The notes beneath the pieces are model-generated. The model had not been told where the DNA came from and made no database searches. It saw only the letters and a list, made by a program, of their open reading frames with translations. The position numbers and the translations under genes were made by a program. Shown piece after piece: positions 48,544-58,580 of a stretch of DNA of 64,000 nucleotides; positions within the stretch are counted from its first letter, which is position 1; each line of letters starts with the position of its first letter. Origin of the DNA: a virus. The stretch lies in IMG/VR virus record IMGVR_UViG_3300001533_003144, positions 1 through 64,000 of that record; one strand, 5' to 3'.

Positions 48544-49896
48544 ATGAGTGTTTTAGACAAAAAAAGAAAAGCCATTGCTCGTAGGAGTAGAAAGGTTTCG
48601 GCTGCAAATTCTGGACTTAAAAAGAAGGTTTCTGATCTTTATAAAAAGACTCAGGCAGCAAAAAAGGGTACTGATGAAGATTTAAAAAAAAGAAGGGAAG
48701 CTTTTAAGCGGAGAATTCTTGCAAAGAGGGAAGAAAAGGAGGCTTTAGATAAAAATAAAGGTCCTAAAGATCCCAAAGATCTCAAAGATCCTAAAGATAC
48801 TAAAGACTCTAAAACGGTTAAGAAGGGTGAAGAGAGGCGCAAGGCAAGAATTGAAGCTTTTCGTAAGAGGAGAGAAGAAAAAAAGGCAGAAGAAAAGAAG
48901 AAGGGCGTTGTAGCTAAGTCTGATGCTGTTTTGGCTCGGATTCGTGCAAAGGTTAAGGCTCATATAAAGACAAAAGGGGCTGATGTGGATGAGAACGGTA
49001 CTCCTATTGTCGGGGATGGTCCTAAAGTGCAGGAAGAGCTTGCTCCTCCTGTTAAAAAAGGGGGTCCCGAAACGGAAGCAAAGCCTGAACCAGTTGTTCC
49101 TGATGAAGAGAAAAAACCTGCTGATTCTTCCCCTCCGGCTAAGACCGAAGAAGAAGAGATGGCAAGCGTTATTGTACAGGTTAACGACAAGTTGGAAGAG
49201 ATATACAAAAGAGAAGAGGTTGATAAAATTCTTAAAGGTGAGTTGGAAGATATAAAAGAGTCACTGACTTCTGTATCCGCTAAATTTAAGGGTATTACAG
49301 CTTCTGGAAAAGAAAGGGGTCTTACTAAAGACGAGCTTACGGCTATCGTAGGGTTTTTAGCTAAGGTCGAAGCCGCTTATGAAAAAAGGATGGTGGGGTT
49401 TGAGACTACTGCTAAAGTGAAAGATATTGATTCTTTTGGTGCTGTGATCAGTAAGGTCAGGGTGGCTGTTGATGTTTCTAATGAACGGGCACACGAGGTT
49501 TTAAAGGCTTATAATGAGAAGAAGGTTACTGCTCGTGAGCTTAAAGATAGTGTCCGGGAAGTTAAAGCTGCTGTTGAGAAATGGGGGGTTGTTGAGTCTG
49601 TTGTTAATCTTTTCAAAAAAGAGGCTTCCGTTTCTTCTTCCGAAGCTCAAAACACTCTCAAAGTAGTGGCTTTTGTGCAAGAGATGGTCGAGCAGGAAAA
49701 GATTCCTGCAAGAGAAATAACCGCACAGGTGAAGGAGTATTTGAATCTTTCTCCTGTAGAGTTTCGGACTGTGGCGGCTACAATGAAAAGGGTGAAAGGT
49801 TCCGCAGTGTCTCCTGATACTGAGTACCCCGAAAGAATGCACTCTACTCAGGCTGGGGGAGATCCTTTGTCTCTTGAGGACTGTTTTAATGATTGA
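48544..49896 (+). CDS. scaffolding/core protein
   Basis: Between protease and capsid; highly charged, coiled-coil. Confidence 0.6.
   Translation: MSVLDKKRKAIARRSRKVSAANSGLKKKVSDLYKKTQAAKKGTDEDLKKRREAFKRRILAKREEKEALDKNKGPKDPKDLKDPKDTKDSKTVKKGEERRKARIEAFRKRREEKKAEEKKKGVVAKSDAVLARIRAKVKAHIKTKGADVDENGTPIVGDGPKVQEELAPPVKKGGPETEAKPEPVVPDEEKKPADSSPPAKTEEEEMASVIVQVNDKLEEIYKREEVDKILKGELEDIKESLTSVSAKFKGITASGKERGLTKDELTAIVGFLAKVEAAYEKRMVGFETTAKVKDIDSFGAVISKVRVAVDVSNERAHEVLKAYNEKKVTARELKDSVREVKAAVEKWGVVESVVNLFKKEASVSSSEAQNTLKVVAFVQEMVEQEKIPAREITAQVKEYLNLSPVEFRTVAATMKRVKGSAVSPDTEYPERMHSTQAGGDPLSLEDCFND
48763..48813 (+). repeat. 9-bp imperfect tandem repeat encoding (x-K-D)n
   Basis: cctaaagat cccaaagat ctcaaagat cctaaagat actaaagac tctaaa. 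Confidence 0.8.
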
Positions 49897-49920
49897 GGTG
49901 AACAATGTTGTTGTATGATG

Positions 49921-49931
49921 TTTATATAATA
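49921..49931 (+). promoter_or_regulatory. phage promoter motif class B, copy 3
   Basis: TTTATATAATA upstream of decoration/capsid genes. Confidence 0.7.
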
Positions 49932-49955
49932 TATGTGTTTTGATAACGCTCTAAT

Positions 49956-50492
49956 GTGGAGGAAACTATTATGAGTGAAACTAATCGTTACGGATTTGAT
50001 TTAAGGTTCAGAAGCAATATCCTGGATGGAGAGAGGCACGCAAGTGAAGTTCTTATGTCTGCAGGTTTTGTTTCGGGTCAGCCTTTGGTATGGTCAGCGT
50101 CAGGGTGGATTAAAGCTTCCGCCGGTGATGTTGTGTTTTTCCCTTTTGTAAGTAGGGATGATGTTCTTAATCAGTCTCCTAAGATTGAAAAAGAACTTCA
50201 GGAAGGAACTCCTGTTCTCGGTGTTGTTGGTGGTGTTAATATTGCCCGTATGGAGGGTGGCATTTCTAAGACAGAACATGCTCTTCCTTTTAAAGCTACT
50301 CCATGTTCAGGCAACTGGGCGGTGGATGATAAGCTGTACATTAATGGAGACAATCTTCTTGACAATGCTCCGGAAACTGAGGGGGATCCTTACTATGGTG
50401 TTGTTACTGAGTTTGAAGGGGATTCTGATGATGCTACAGCAATTGTAGCTGTTCTTAATTCTTTTCCAACTTATGTGCCTGTGGCTCCTTAA
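49956..50492 (+). CDS. capsid decoration/cement protein (likely start ATG 49971)
   Basis: Directly upstream of MCP; WAVDDKLY..G.L....YGVV pattern. Confidence 0.6.
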   Translation: MEETIMSETNRYGFDLRFRSNILDGERHASEVLMSAGFVSGQPLVWSASGWIKASAGDVVFFPFVSRDDVLNQSPKIEKELQEGTPVLGVVGGVNIARMEGGISKTEHALPFKATPCSGNWAVDDKLYINGDNLLDNAPETEGDPYYGVVTEFEGDSDDATAIVAVLNSFPTYVPVAP

Positions 50493-50558
50493 AGAGAGGT
50501 AGTCTGATGTTAGGTGGGTTTATGGTTATTTTTGAATCTTAATAGTGAGGTAAATGTT

Positions 50559-51452
50559 ATGCTTGAGAAGAAAACTCCTAAAAAGGTGGACCAGAGGAGA
50601 GCCGAAGCTGCTATAGATAGGGCTTTGAAAACTCGTGATGGTATTCACCGAGTGGCGGCCGCTATGTCTAATCCGGTAAAAAGGATGCTGGATTATAAGG
50701 CCATTTTTCGTAACCTTGTTGTGGTCGAGACTAATTATCCGGAAGCACATCCTCTGTCTTATGACAGGGATCTTGAGCCTATTCCGGCTATACGGGTTGG
50801 TGCAACGGCTACTTCCCGTTTTGTTGATTGTAATCCGGAAAGAATTTTCTTGGATGAGTTTGAGATTGTTTCCAGGGTTAAGGTTCCTTACAAAGAGCTT
50901 TATACTCGTAAGTATAAGGTTCTTAACCGGGCAAAGGAAAGACTGGTTGAGGGTGTAGGTCTCCGTGAAGATATCCTTGGGTTCTCTCTTATTGAGGATG
51001 CAAGTATCTTTGGAGGTGAGTATGGCAACACTCCGATAAGCGAGACTACAAGCCTTTCTAAGTCGGCACTTAGTCGTGCTTTTACCCAGCTTAAAAACCG
51101 AAGGATAGCTCCTGGAACTATGCTGATGAACCCTATCGGTACTTCCGGTATCCAGAGATGGGGGTGGAACGAGATAGATCAGGAAGGGTTTAAAGAAATC
51201 CGTCAGAGTGGTTATCTCGGAAACCTTTGGAGAGCCAGTTTTTATGAGTCGGATCTTGTAAAAACAGATAAGTCTTATGTACTTGGAGATCCTGATCTTC
51301 TTGGTTGGATGCCTATCCGTAAGGATACTGAGGTTACTGGTGGTGATGAGCCTGATTATATCAGACTTGGTTTCATTGCTTATATGCTTCTCGGTATGGC
51401 AATCACGAATATTTCCGGAGTTGCTTCGGTTGAATATGATGCCACCAAATAG
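50559..51452 (+). CDS. major capsid protein (HK97 fold)
   Basis: AAAM.NPV...LDY..IFR.LVVVE, FEI...V...EL, LMNP, GYLGNLW; followed by terminator (ORF track starts 50514). Confidence 0.85.
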   Translation: MLEKKTPKKVDQRRAEAAIDRALKTRDGIHRVAAAMSNPVKRMLDYKAIFRNLVVVETNYPEAHPLSYDRDLEPIPAIRVGATATSRFVDCNPERIFLDEFEIVSRVKVPYKELYTRKYKVLNRAKERLVEGVGLREDILGFSLIEDASIFGGEYGNTPISETTSLSKSALSRAFTQLKNRRIAPGTMLMNPIGTSGIQRWGWNEIDQEGFKEIRQSGYLGNLWRASFYESDLVKTDKSYVLGDPDLLGWMPIRKDTEVTGGDEPDYIRLGFIAYMLLGMAITNISGVASVEYDATK

Positions 51453-51475
51453 TTGATTTGTTACCGGTGTTTGTG

Positions 51476-51504
51476 AGGGGGAGTTCTTAGCTTCCCCTTT
51501 TTTT
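51476..51504 (+). terminator. intrinsic terminator after major capsid gene
   Basis: AGGGGGAGTT-CTT-AGCTTCCCCT followed by T run. Confidence 0.85.
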
Positions 51505-51536
51505 ATTATTATATTGTTGTTCTATGGAGGAAAACA

Positions 51537-52328
51537 ATGCCAAGAAAACAAGGTAAGCCTACTAAAGGTAAAGAGGAGAAAAAAACTCCTCAAAAAAAAG
51601 ATGTAAAGGTGTCTAAGGTAGATGAAAAGGCTATTGAAGATCAGTTGAATGCTATGGGTGAAGAGTCCATTGACGGCGAAAAAAGGGTCCCAAAGTCCTC
51701 GCCTGTGACTAAGGCTTCTGAAGAGGTAAATCCTGAGTTGGCTACAAAACCTCAAAAAGGTACAGATAGTCCTGATACCTCTCAGACGAAAGAAGAAGAG
51801 TCCTCAAAAGACTCTACGGTAGAAAAAGCTAAGGATGAGGAGATTGCGGAACTGAAAGAAAAGCTTGAGGCGGCTTCTGCTCCCCAGAAAGGAGAGAATA
51901 AAGAAAAGCCGGAAGAGAAAAAAGATCCTACGGATTTCTTTAAAAAAGAATCTTCCGGTAAGTTGATTTTCTCTAACAGAACTCATTTTGAACTTGTTTT
52001 CTCGGATCTTGGTTTCCCCAGCCCTGGAGATAAGTTTGATCCTTTGGTCTTTACTCCTTATGAAGAGAGAGATCTGGAAGCCGAGGGTTTTACCTTTGAG
52101 CAGATCAGAAAATCTATGAATATGAGAAACTTTGTGGCCTCTGGGAAAATAAAGCACGGTAAACTGGAAGAAGGTGATAAACTTCCCGAAGATACTAAGT
52201 TTGGTTCTATCCGGAATCTTGGTGGTGATGTTACTTCTATTGGAGTAAAGTTCTCCGGGCATTATTTTAAGCTTTACATGGATTTTATTGCTAAAGAAAA
52301 GGCAAGGTTTAACAAGGGTGAGGTCTAA
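51537..52328 (+). CDS. hypothetical head-associated protein, low-complexity N-terminus
   Basis: GGAGG RBS; K/E/P-rich N-terminal half. Confidence 0.6.
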   Translation: MPRKQGKPTKGKEEKKTPQKKDVKVSKVDEKAIEDQLNAMGEESIDGEKRVPKSSPVTKASEEVNPELATKPQKGTDSPDTSQTKEEESSKDSTVEKAKDEEIAELKEKLEAASAPQKGENKEKPEEKKDPTDFFKKESSGKLIFSNRTHFELVFSDLGFPSPGDKFDPLVFTPYEERDLEAEGFTFEQIRKSMNMRNFVASGKIKHGKLEEGDKLPEDTKFGSIRNLGGDVTSIGVKFSGHYFKLYMDFIAKEKARFNKGEV

Positions 52329-52331
52329 CCT

Positions 52332-53171
52332 ATGGCTAACCCTCACGGAACCCCTATCTCATCACAGTCTGAGTTAAAAGGGATGCCCTTTACACTTTCG
52401 GTTGTTTTCCGGGACGGGGGTTATCCTATTGAAGTAAGTAATCCTAAAATAAGGATATTCTCAAAAGACAATGATAACCTTATAGCGTTCAGGTCTCTGG
52501 ACAGTTCTCCTACTACGGGAGACAATACCGAACATCATTTGATACCTATACCTAGTGTTACGGGGTATTCTATTACAATAGATCCTTTATCCTTACCCAC
52601 AGGGTTGTATAAGGTGGCGTTCTCCGGGGAAATGTTGAATGAGGATCAGACTTATGTGGAGGTCGTGGGGGTTATAGGCTTACAGGAATTGTCCAGGGTA
52701 GATCGTATCCTGGTTTCTGCTTTGGCTTGTATGATGGACAATCCGGAAGAGTATTTGTTTAAGCCTCAGGTACATCAGTTCAAGGCTTATAATCTCTACA
52801 AGTTTTTACACAGTGGGATACAGTATATTAACCTTATCCCTCCTATGGCGACTAATTATACTATAGATGATTTACCTGAGCCTTTTGAAGCTCCTTTGGT
52901 GGATTATATTGTAGCTAAAGCTATGTTTGGTAAAGCTCGGTTAGGGATCGAGAACGATTTTAATGTTCAGGATAGTCGTAGTATTCAGCAGGACACTTAC
53001 TCAAAATATAAGAGTATGTATGATACTCTTATTCAAGGTGTAAAAGACTCGGTTAAAGAAGCAAAGCAGTTATTAAGACCCTCTCCAAGAGGGTTTAAAC
53101 GAAACAAGTTTCCGTTGCATGTTCAGCGGATGATTTCTTTGTCTCCGCATTATACTAATGTTTTCTATTAA
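52332..53171 (+). CDS. head-tail adaptor/neck protein
   Basis: N-terminal beta domain, then INLIPP..NYT.DDLP; position after MCP. Confidence 0.6.
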   Translation: MANPHGTPISSQSELKGMPFTLSVVFRDGGYPIEVSNPKIRIFSKDNDNLIAFRSLDSSPTTGDNTEHHLIPIPSVTGYSITIDPLSLPTGLYKVAFSGEMLNEDQTYVEVVGVIGLQELSRVDRILVSALACMMDNPEEYLFKPQVHQFKAYNLYKFLHSGIQYINLIPPMATNYTIDDLPEPFEAPLVDYIVAKAMFGKARLGIENDFNVQDSRSIQQDTYSKYKSMYDTLIQGVKDSVKEAKQLLRPSPRGFKRNKFPLHVQRMISLSPHYTNVFY

Positions 53172-53190
53172 AGTGTTCTGAAAATCCTCT

Positions 53191-53201
53191 TTTATATAAT
53201 A
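53191..53201 (+). promoter_or_regulatory. phage promoter motif class B, copy 4
   Basis: CTCTTTTATATAATA, intergenic. Confidence 0.7.
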
Positions 53202-53222
53202 ACATAGTAATGTTCTTATTTT

Positions 53223-53576
53223 TTGGAGGTAATTATGTCTGAAAAGATTTTGGTAGGTGATCAGCTTGTTTTTAATAAAAAAGAGGTTGCAGCTGGAGCT
53301 TCTTTTGTCTCTGATCCTATAAGTATTGACAATAATTTTGATCGTATGACAGTCTATTCTCATTCGTCTGCCCTAGACGGTACTCTTGAGTTAGAGATAC
53401 CGCTTAATGGTAGCTGGTATCCTGCTTTAACTGACAGTATAGTTTCGGGGTCTTTAAGTGTTTTTAGTAACTATCACTTTTTTCCTAAAGTGAGGTTTAA
53501 GTTTACAGCAGGTGCAGGTGCAGGAGCTACGGTTGTGTCTTGTCAGATGAACATTGTTAAGCATGTGGCACAATAG
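53223..53576 (+). CDS. small beta-sandwich virion protein (likely start ATG 53235)
   Basis: LELE...NGSWY...KVRFKF. Confidence 0.55.
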   Translation: MEVIMSEKILVGDQLVFNKKEVAAGASFVSDPISIDNNFDRMTVYSHSSALDGTLELEIPLNGSWYPALTDSIVSGSLSVFSNYHFFPKVRFKFTAGAGAGATVVSCQMNIVKHVAQ

Positions 53577-53585
53577 GAGGTTCTT

Positions 53586-55724
53586 ATGGTACTTAAAACC
53601 GGTGGTAAAAGTTACGGGGCTGATTTAAACATTACTATTAAAGAAAACTCTCCCGTAGCTACAGATTCCAATTATCCTATAGGTACGGTATGGATAGTTG
53701 CAATTGAAGAGCCTTATAGGGTTTTTATGTGTGTTGATAATGCTCCTGGATCAGCTTCTTGGGTAGATTTAGGGGGTGGTTTCGGTTCGGCTCACGATAA
53801 AGGTTATTATGACACTGAAGCGGAACTTGTGGCAGCTTACCCTACAGGAGAAGCAGGTGATTTTGCTTTTGTAGGGGAAACAGACACTTTCTGGGTATGG
53901 GATACTGATGCAGGGGCTTGGAAAGATACTCATACCTCATTGTCTCTGATATGGGGTCATATTGGTGGGGATATAACTGACCAGACCGACCTTGACATTA
54001 ACGCTATTAACGATGCAGATGGTAAAAAAGCGGAGTGGAATGGTAAACAAGATAATTTAGGGTTTACACCGGAGAATACGGTTAACAAAATATCAAGTTT
54101 CCAAGCAACTCCCGATGACATAAAATTTCCTACAGAGAAGTTAGTCAAGGATAGTCTCGACGGAAAAGCCGATATCACCGAGTTCAATAATGTTTGGTTC
54201 GTTTCCAAACAGGGAAACAACGACAACGCAGGGAACAGACCTGATAGATCCTTTCTAACAATCAACAGAGCGATAGCTGAAGCAGGTGTCGGAGACCTTA
54301 TTCTTGTGACTGGTTCAGAAGTCTATGAAGAAGACCTCGTTATCGGAGAAAGACTTTACATAGATGCAAACAACGCAATATTGAAAGGAACTATAGTGAT
54401 AGGTTCATGTTCGGTGGTGAAACTGAACAGATTAATTGCTCCGGGAAACAACGCAACTCTTGTGAAAAATGTTGGGTGTAATGGTAGAAGTTATATCATA
54501 GCCAACTGCGTATTAGGTGGCGGAAGTGATATTGCTGGAGCAGAAGATAATTTTAACAATGTTGAAATAGTCCGGAACATCTCTGAAGAGGGTTCTTTAG
54601 TTTTTAAAGCGACACATGTTACAGTCGCAGAAGACGGATATTTCATTTACTCCATTGATACAGGTGGTGAAATTGAGATGACTGGTAGCTCTAATGAGTG
54701 GACAGGTAGTGCTGGCTCCAGTAATCCCCAGAATGTCTGGGTGAACACAGCACTTTCAGCTCTTGCCCAATGGGGAACGCTTGGTGGCGGAGCACTGGTC
54801 ATGGAAGATGGTGAACCAGGAGCATCCGATGTAAAATTCCTGAAATATTCTTTTGTGACACAACAATTGGTGACTGGGTACTCGTTTTTCGCTCACACCA
54901 ATTGGATTCTGAACAGAATGCCGTCTGAGTTTAAAGTCTATGGTTTCAAAGATGCTGCATGGACTCTAATTGAACACAGAACAGGAGTGACTTATGTTGA
55001 AGGAGCAAATGATTTCGATATACCAGTGGGGAGTCAGGATACTTATGCAGAAATAGCATTTGTGTTCCTTGAAACACCAGATGTAGAAAGGGTCTCTCTT
55101 GCAAGGGTTTCCCTCATCAACGATAACTCTGAAGTCGGTGGCAGTATCGAATACCATATAGAGAGAATGGTACTCAGGGATAATGCAACCGCCATTAAAG
55201 CAAGTTCTTCAACTTGCGAATACAATGGTGTAATAGTCGAAACCAGAGATACAGGGAGCGGAACACTTGTTGACATAGACGACGGTACTGTCTCAATCAT
55301 GGGAGCTTGTGCCGATGTCAATACCTTGTGGAATAACACAGGTGGCTCGCTTGCTGTTAGTATTTTGAAAAGAATGGGTGGTTTCTCTGGTATTGCAGAA
55401 CTGTATGCAAAGGCAATCAGAGAAGTTGACCCAGATGATTCAGCAGTTGTAAATCTTGTTGATTCCTTGAGATTCGGGGAAATAAGATTGACAGACAACG
55501 GAGACCAGCAAGTCGTTGTTCCAGCCAACGCAACAGAGGACATTCCGATAGGCTCTGAGTTTGTGATTCAAGGATTAGGAACAGGAACCAAAACAATCTC
55601 ATCCGCTGTAGGAGTTGACATCAACGGAGTCACAGACGACTTTGTCCTCGACAGTCAGTACGCAAGTGCTGTGTTGAGGAAGATTAGTGAGAATGCGTGG
55701 TTGATAATCGGGGCAGTTAATTAA
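53586..55724 (+). CDS. fibre/spike-like virion protein with discoidin (F5/8C)-like insert
   Basis: YPIGTVW..CVDN..G.A.W N-terminus; FVSKQGNNDN.G..SFLTI..A; VTGYSF..MPSEFKVYG..WT; C-terminal PIGSEF...QYASAVLRK..NAWLIIG. Confidence 0.65.
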   Translation: MVLKTGGKSYGADLNITIKENSPVATDSNYPIGTVWIVAIEEPYRVFMCVDNAPGSASWVDLGGGFGSAHDKGYYDTEAELVAAYPTGEAGDFAFVGETDTFWVWDTDAGAWKDTHTSLSLIWGHIGGDITDQTDLDINAINDADGKKAEWNGKQDNLGFTPENTVNKISSFQATPDDIKFPTEKLVKDSLDGKADITEFNNVWFVSKQGNNDNAGNRPDRSFLTINRAIAEAGVGDLILVTGSEVYEEDLVIGERLYIDANNAILKGTIVIGSCSVVKLNRLIAPGNNATLVKNVGCNGRSYIIANCVLGGGSDIAGAEDNFNNVEIVRNISEEGSLVFKATHVTVAEDGYFIYSIDTGGEIEMTGSSNEWTGSAGSSNPQNVWVNTALSALAQWGTLGGGALVMEDGEPGASDVKFLKYSFVTQQLVTGYSFFAHTNWILNRMPSEFKVYGFKDAAWTLIEHRTGVTYVEGANDFDIPVGSQDTYAEIAFVFLETPDVERVSLARVSLINDNSEVGGSIEYHIERMVLRDNATAIKASSSTCEYNGVIVETRDTGSGTLVDIDDGTVSIMGACADVNTLWNNTGGSLAVSILKRMGGFSGIAELYAKAIREVDPDDSAVVNLVDSLRFGEIRLTDNGDQQVVVPANATEDIPIGSEFVIQGLGTGTKTISSAVGVDINGVTDDFVLDSQYASAVLRKISENAWLIIGAVN

Positions 55725-55733
55725 GGAGGTATT

Positions 55734-58067
55734 ATGAATATTGGTCAAATAGCTTCTACTGCCATTAGGAAACTAAAGGCTTGGAGCATAGGAAAAATGA
55801 ATTCGGAAGGATTCATTGAAAGGACAAAAAATAATGTAGATACGCCTTTGAAATGGGAGCCTTTTGTGACGGAGAGGTTGTGTGCTAAGGGTGATGGTGC
55901 TACCGCTTATATGACAATGAATTCAGCGGTAAACTTTGTATATACTAAAGATTTCTCTATAGAGTATTTATGGCAAGTAAAAGCAATAGATGTTCTGAAA
56001 ACTCTTTTTGGTTCTTCATCGGATACTCTTGACTATTTTCATCAAACGGAAAATAATGACAATCAGATAGGTATGTTTGATGCCGGTATTGGAACGTCAC
56101 GCAAGGTATTTTTTACTTCTGCTTTTTTGATTGATAACACATACCATATTGATAGTTCGTACAGTAAGACTACTAAATTATGGACAATTACAAGAACTAA
56201 CCTAACAAGCGGAGTCGATAATGAAACTGCGAATATAGACTGCACTGGATATAATTTCGACCTGCAAATTAATAGACTATTCTCAAGAGGTTATGGCGAT
56301 AGATTCTTACCCGACTCTATTTGTTGTCTTAAAATGTCAATTGATGGTGTATTAGTAACTAACTACCCTTTAGAGCTGTCGGGTTATGACATATCAGGAA
56401 ACGCCAACCATCTAACCAATTACGGTGTTGACCTTGGAGCAACCTACGAAAACGCAAACGGTGTATATTCCTACAATCTTAACAACGGTTTCGACCTCTA
56501 CTCTAAAGACGGAACAGACCCAGTTGAATACATGGAAGTCCCCTATGTGGACGGTTCACCAGTTGTATCATCTGTCACAGGATATACAAAGGTATCAGAA
56601 CACCCAGCGGGATTCCATTTTAACAATTCTTCTATCAAGTTCGTGCCTTTTTCAACAGGACATGACGGAACTGGATGGGTGGTTCCGCAGGAGATAAAGG
56701 ATATAGATACGGACTTTATATTACATAACGAAACAACAGGCTATGCAATTGAGTTCGATAGAGATACCATACAGGATATATTGACAGCGGACAGCGATTA
56801 TGTATTCATAGACCTGTCCGAAGAAAATAAAGTCAAAAATCTGATGCTCTACAGAGAACCGTTGACAGGCGTTGAGCTTGTAAAAGCAAGGAAGTTCTGC
56901 AACTATGAGGAGTCGTGGGATAATGTTACTTTGAATTTGACACTTACCACAACTTCTGATTCCGAATCTGTTTCGATTGAAAAAGTTATGTTGAGCGAAG
57001 AGAGTGAGATTGACTGGGGTGATGGTAATACAACAACTCTTAATGCTGAAACTGATTATGTACCGCTGTCACATACATACGCAAGTGCAGGCAGTTACAC
57101 TGCCAAGATCAAGAAACCGAGCAGTATAACTCAGATATGGATTCGTAACAACAAAATAAGCGGTTTCCATTCCGCTCAGTTGAGGTTTGCAGATGTCTAT
57201 GATCTTAGATGCAATAATCTTGGCACTGCAAAAGAATGCGTGGTGAAATCGGAGCACATGACTTCTTGGATAGGGTATTATTGGATGTTACACTCAATGC
57301 CGAGCGGAACCTATAATATCGACAGTTCAGACCTGACATCTTGGACAGGGTATTATTGGCAGTTACACTCAATGCCGAGTGGAACATACAACATAGACAG
57401 TTCGGACATGACATCATGGACTGGGGGTTATTGGCAGTTATACTCAATGCCGAGCGGAACCTATAATATCGACAGTTCAGACATGACATCTTGGACAGGG
57501 TATTCTTGGCTTTTACGCTCCATGCCGAGCGGGACATATAACATAGATTCAGCCCACATGGTGGATTGGACTGGGACTGCTTGGTATCTCTACTCCATGC
57601 CGAGCGGGACATATAACATAGATTCAGCCCACATGGTGGATTGGACTGGGACTATTTGGATTCTCTACTCCATGCCGAGCGGAACCTATAATATCGACAG
57701 TTCAGACATGACTTCTTGGACTGGGCAGTATTGGCGGTTATACTCAATGCCGAGCGGGACATACAACATCGGTGCATCAACTATCAGGAACTGGACAACG
57801 AATGAGGTTATCAATCTTTATAATTTAGAGGATTCAGTAAGTGGTCTGAATGTCCTTGCAACAGAATCCGAGTGCATAAAGGTTATTGACGACATCTACG
57901 CAGGTAGATTGACCTTTAGAGGGACACCTGTTCTTATCCTAACAGGAACTAACGCGGATATAACCGATGCAGGAACACGAACCAAGATAGATCACTTGAG
58001 AGCAGGCGATGACGGAGTCGATACATTTCAGCCTTGGGAAATTAATGTTAACGGATATCCAGCATAA
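55734..58067 (+). CDS. receptor-binding/adhesin-like virion protein (LamG-like + PKD-like + LRR-like repeats)
   Basis: DFSIE..., DISGNANH, IDWGDG..HTYASAGSYT, 25-aa repeats. Confidence 0.7.
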   Translation: MNIGQIASTAIRKLKAWSIGKMNSEGFIERTKNNVDTPLKWEPFVTERLCAKGDGATAYMTMNSAVNFVYTKDFSIEYLWQVKAIDVLKTLFGSSSDTLDYFHQTENNDNQIGMFDAGIGTSRKVFFTSAFLIDNTYHIDSSYSKTTKLWTITRTNLTSGVDNETANIDCTGYNFDLQINRLFSRGYGDRFLPDSICCLKMSIDGVLVTNYPLELSGYDISGNANHLTNYGVDLGATYENANGVYSYNLNNGFDLYSKDGTDPVEYMEVPYVDGSPVVSSVTGYTKVSEHPAGFHFNNSSIKFVPFSTGHDGTGWVVPQEIKDIDTDFILHNETTGYAIEFDRDTIQDILTADSDYVFIDLSEENKVKNLMLYREPLTGVELVKARKFCNYEESWDNVTLNLTLTTTSDSESVSIEKVMLSEESEIDWGDGNTTTLNAETDYVPLSHTYASAGSYTAKIKKPSSITQIWIRNNKISGFHSAQLRFADVYDLRCNNLGTAKECVVKSEHMTSWIGYYWMLHSMPSGTYNIDSSDLTSWTGYYWQLHSMPSGTYNIDSSDMTSWTGGYWQLYSMPSGTYNIDSSDMTSWTGYSWLLRSMPSGTYNIDSAHMVDWTGTAWYLYSMPSGTYNIDSAHMVDWTGTIWILYSMPSGTYNIDSSDMTSWTGQYWRLYSMPSGTYNIGASTIRNWTTNEVINLYNLEDSVSGLNVLATESECIKVIDDIYAGRLTFRGTPVLILTGTNADITDAGTRTKIDHLRAGDDGVDTFQPWEINVNGYPA
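57255..57770 (+). repeat. 7 x 75-bp (25-aa) coding tandem repeat
   Basis: SMPSGTYNI occurs 7 times at 25-aa spacing. Confidence 0.95.
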
Positions 58068-58079
58068 TAGGAGGAAACA

Positions 58080-58580
58080 ATGATAAAAATTAAAGATTTC
58101 ACCCACGAAGAACTCACAACCCTTCTGAATTCCGACACGGACTTCACCCTGGACAACACTGATAAGGTAGGAATAGAAGTTCCTGTCAGAGCGTTGGAAA
58201 TAACTATTAAGAAAAAGATGTATCAGGAAGATATAATTGATACACTTGAAGGGACGCTGACAAAAGAACCAGACTGCAAAGACGGAAAGGAACCAGTAAA
58301 GAAAACCGAAATAGACTGTAAACTAGCAATTGCTCCAGACCACGAAAGAAAGATAAGGGAGTATTTCAGAGTCTATGAGGAAACAAAGGACAAAGCGATA
58401 CTATTGCCTTTTATACAGGACACCAGAGGTCACGAATGCTTCACCAAAGAACAATTGAAATTTCTCCTTGAGATAACAGGCGGACAAATTGTTGAAAGAC
58501 CTGTTAAAGAAGAAGCCGAAGAGACACCTGAATTACAAGTTATAGAAGGAGGGAAAGTATGTTTTATCATCCCGAACTAA
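58080..58580 (+). CDS. hypothetical protein
   Basis: AGGAGG RBS. Confidence 0.6.
   Translation: MIKIKDFTHEELTTLLNSDTDFTLDNTDKVGIEVPVRALEITIKKKMYQEDIIDTLEGTLTKEPDCKDGKEPVKKTEIDCKLAIAPDHERKIREYFRVYEETKDKAILLPFIQDTRGHECFTKEQLKFLLEITGGQIVERPVKEEAEETPELQVIEGGKVCFIIPN

Noticed and set aside
57255-57770. CRISPR array or complete DGR
   Set aside because: The repeats are in-frame coding units without unique spacers. No cas, reverse transcriptase or template repeat is in the window, and many adenines in the repeat are invariant
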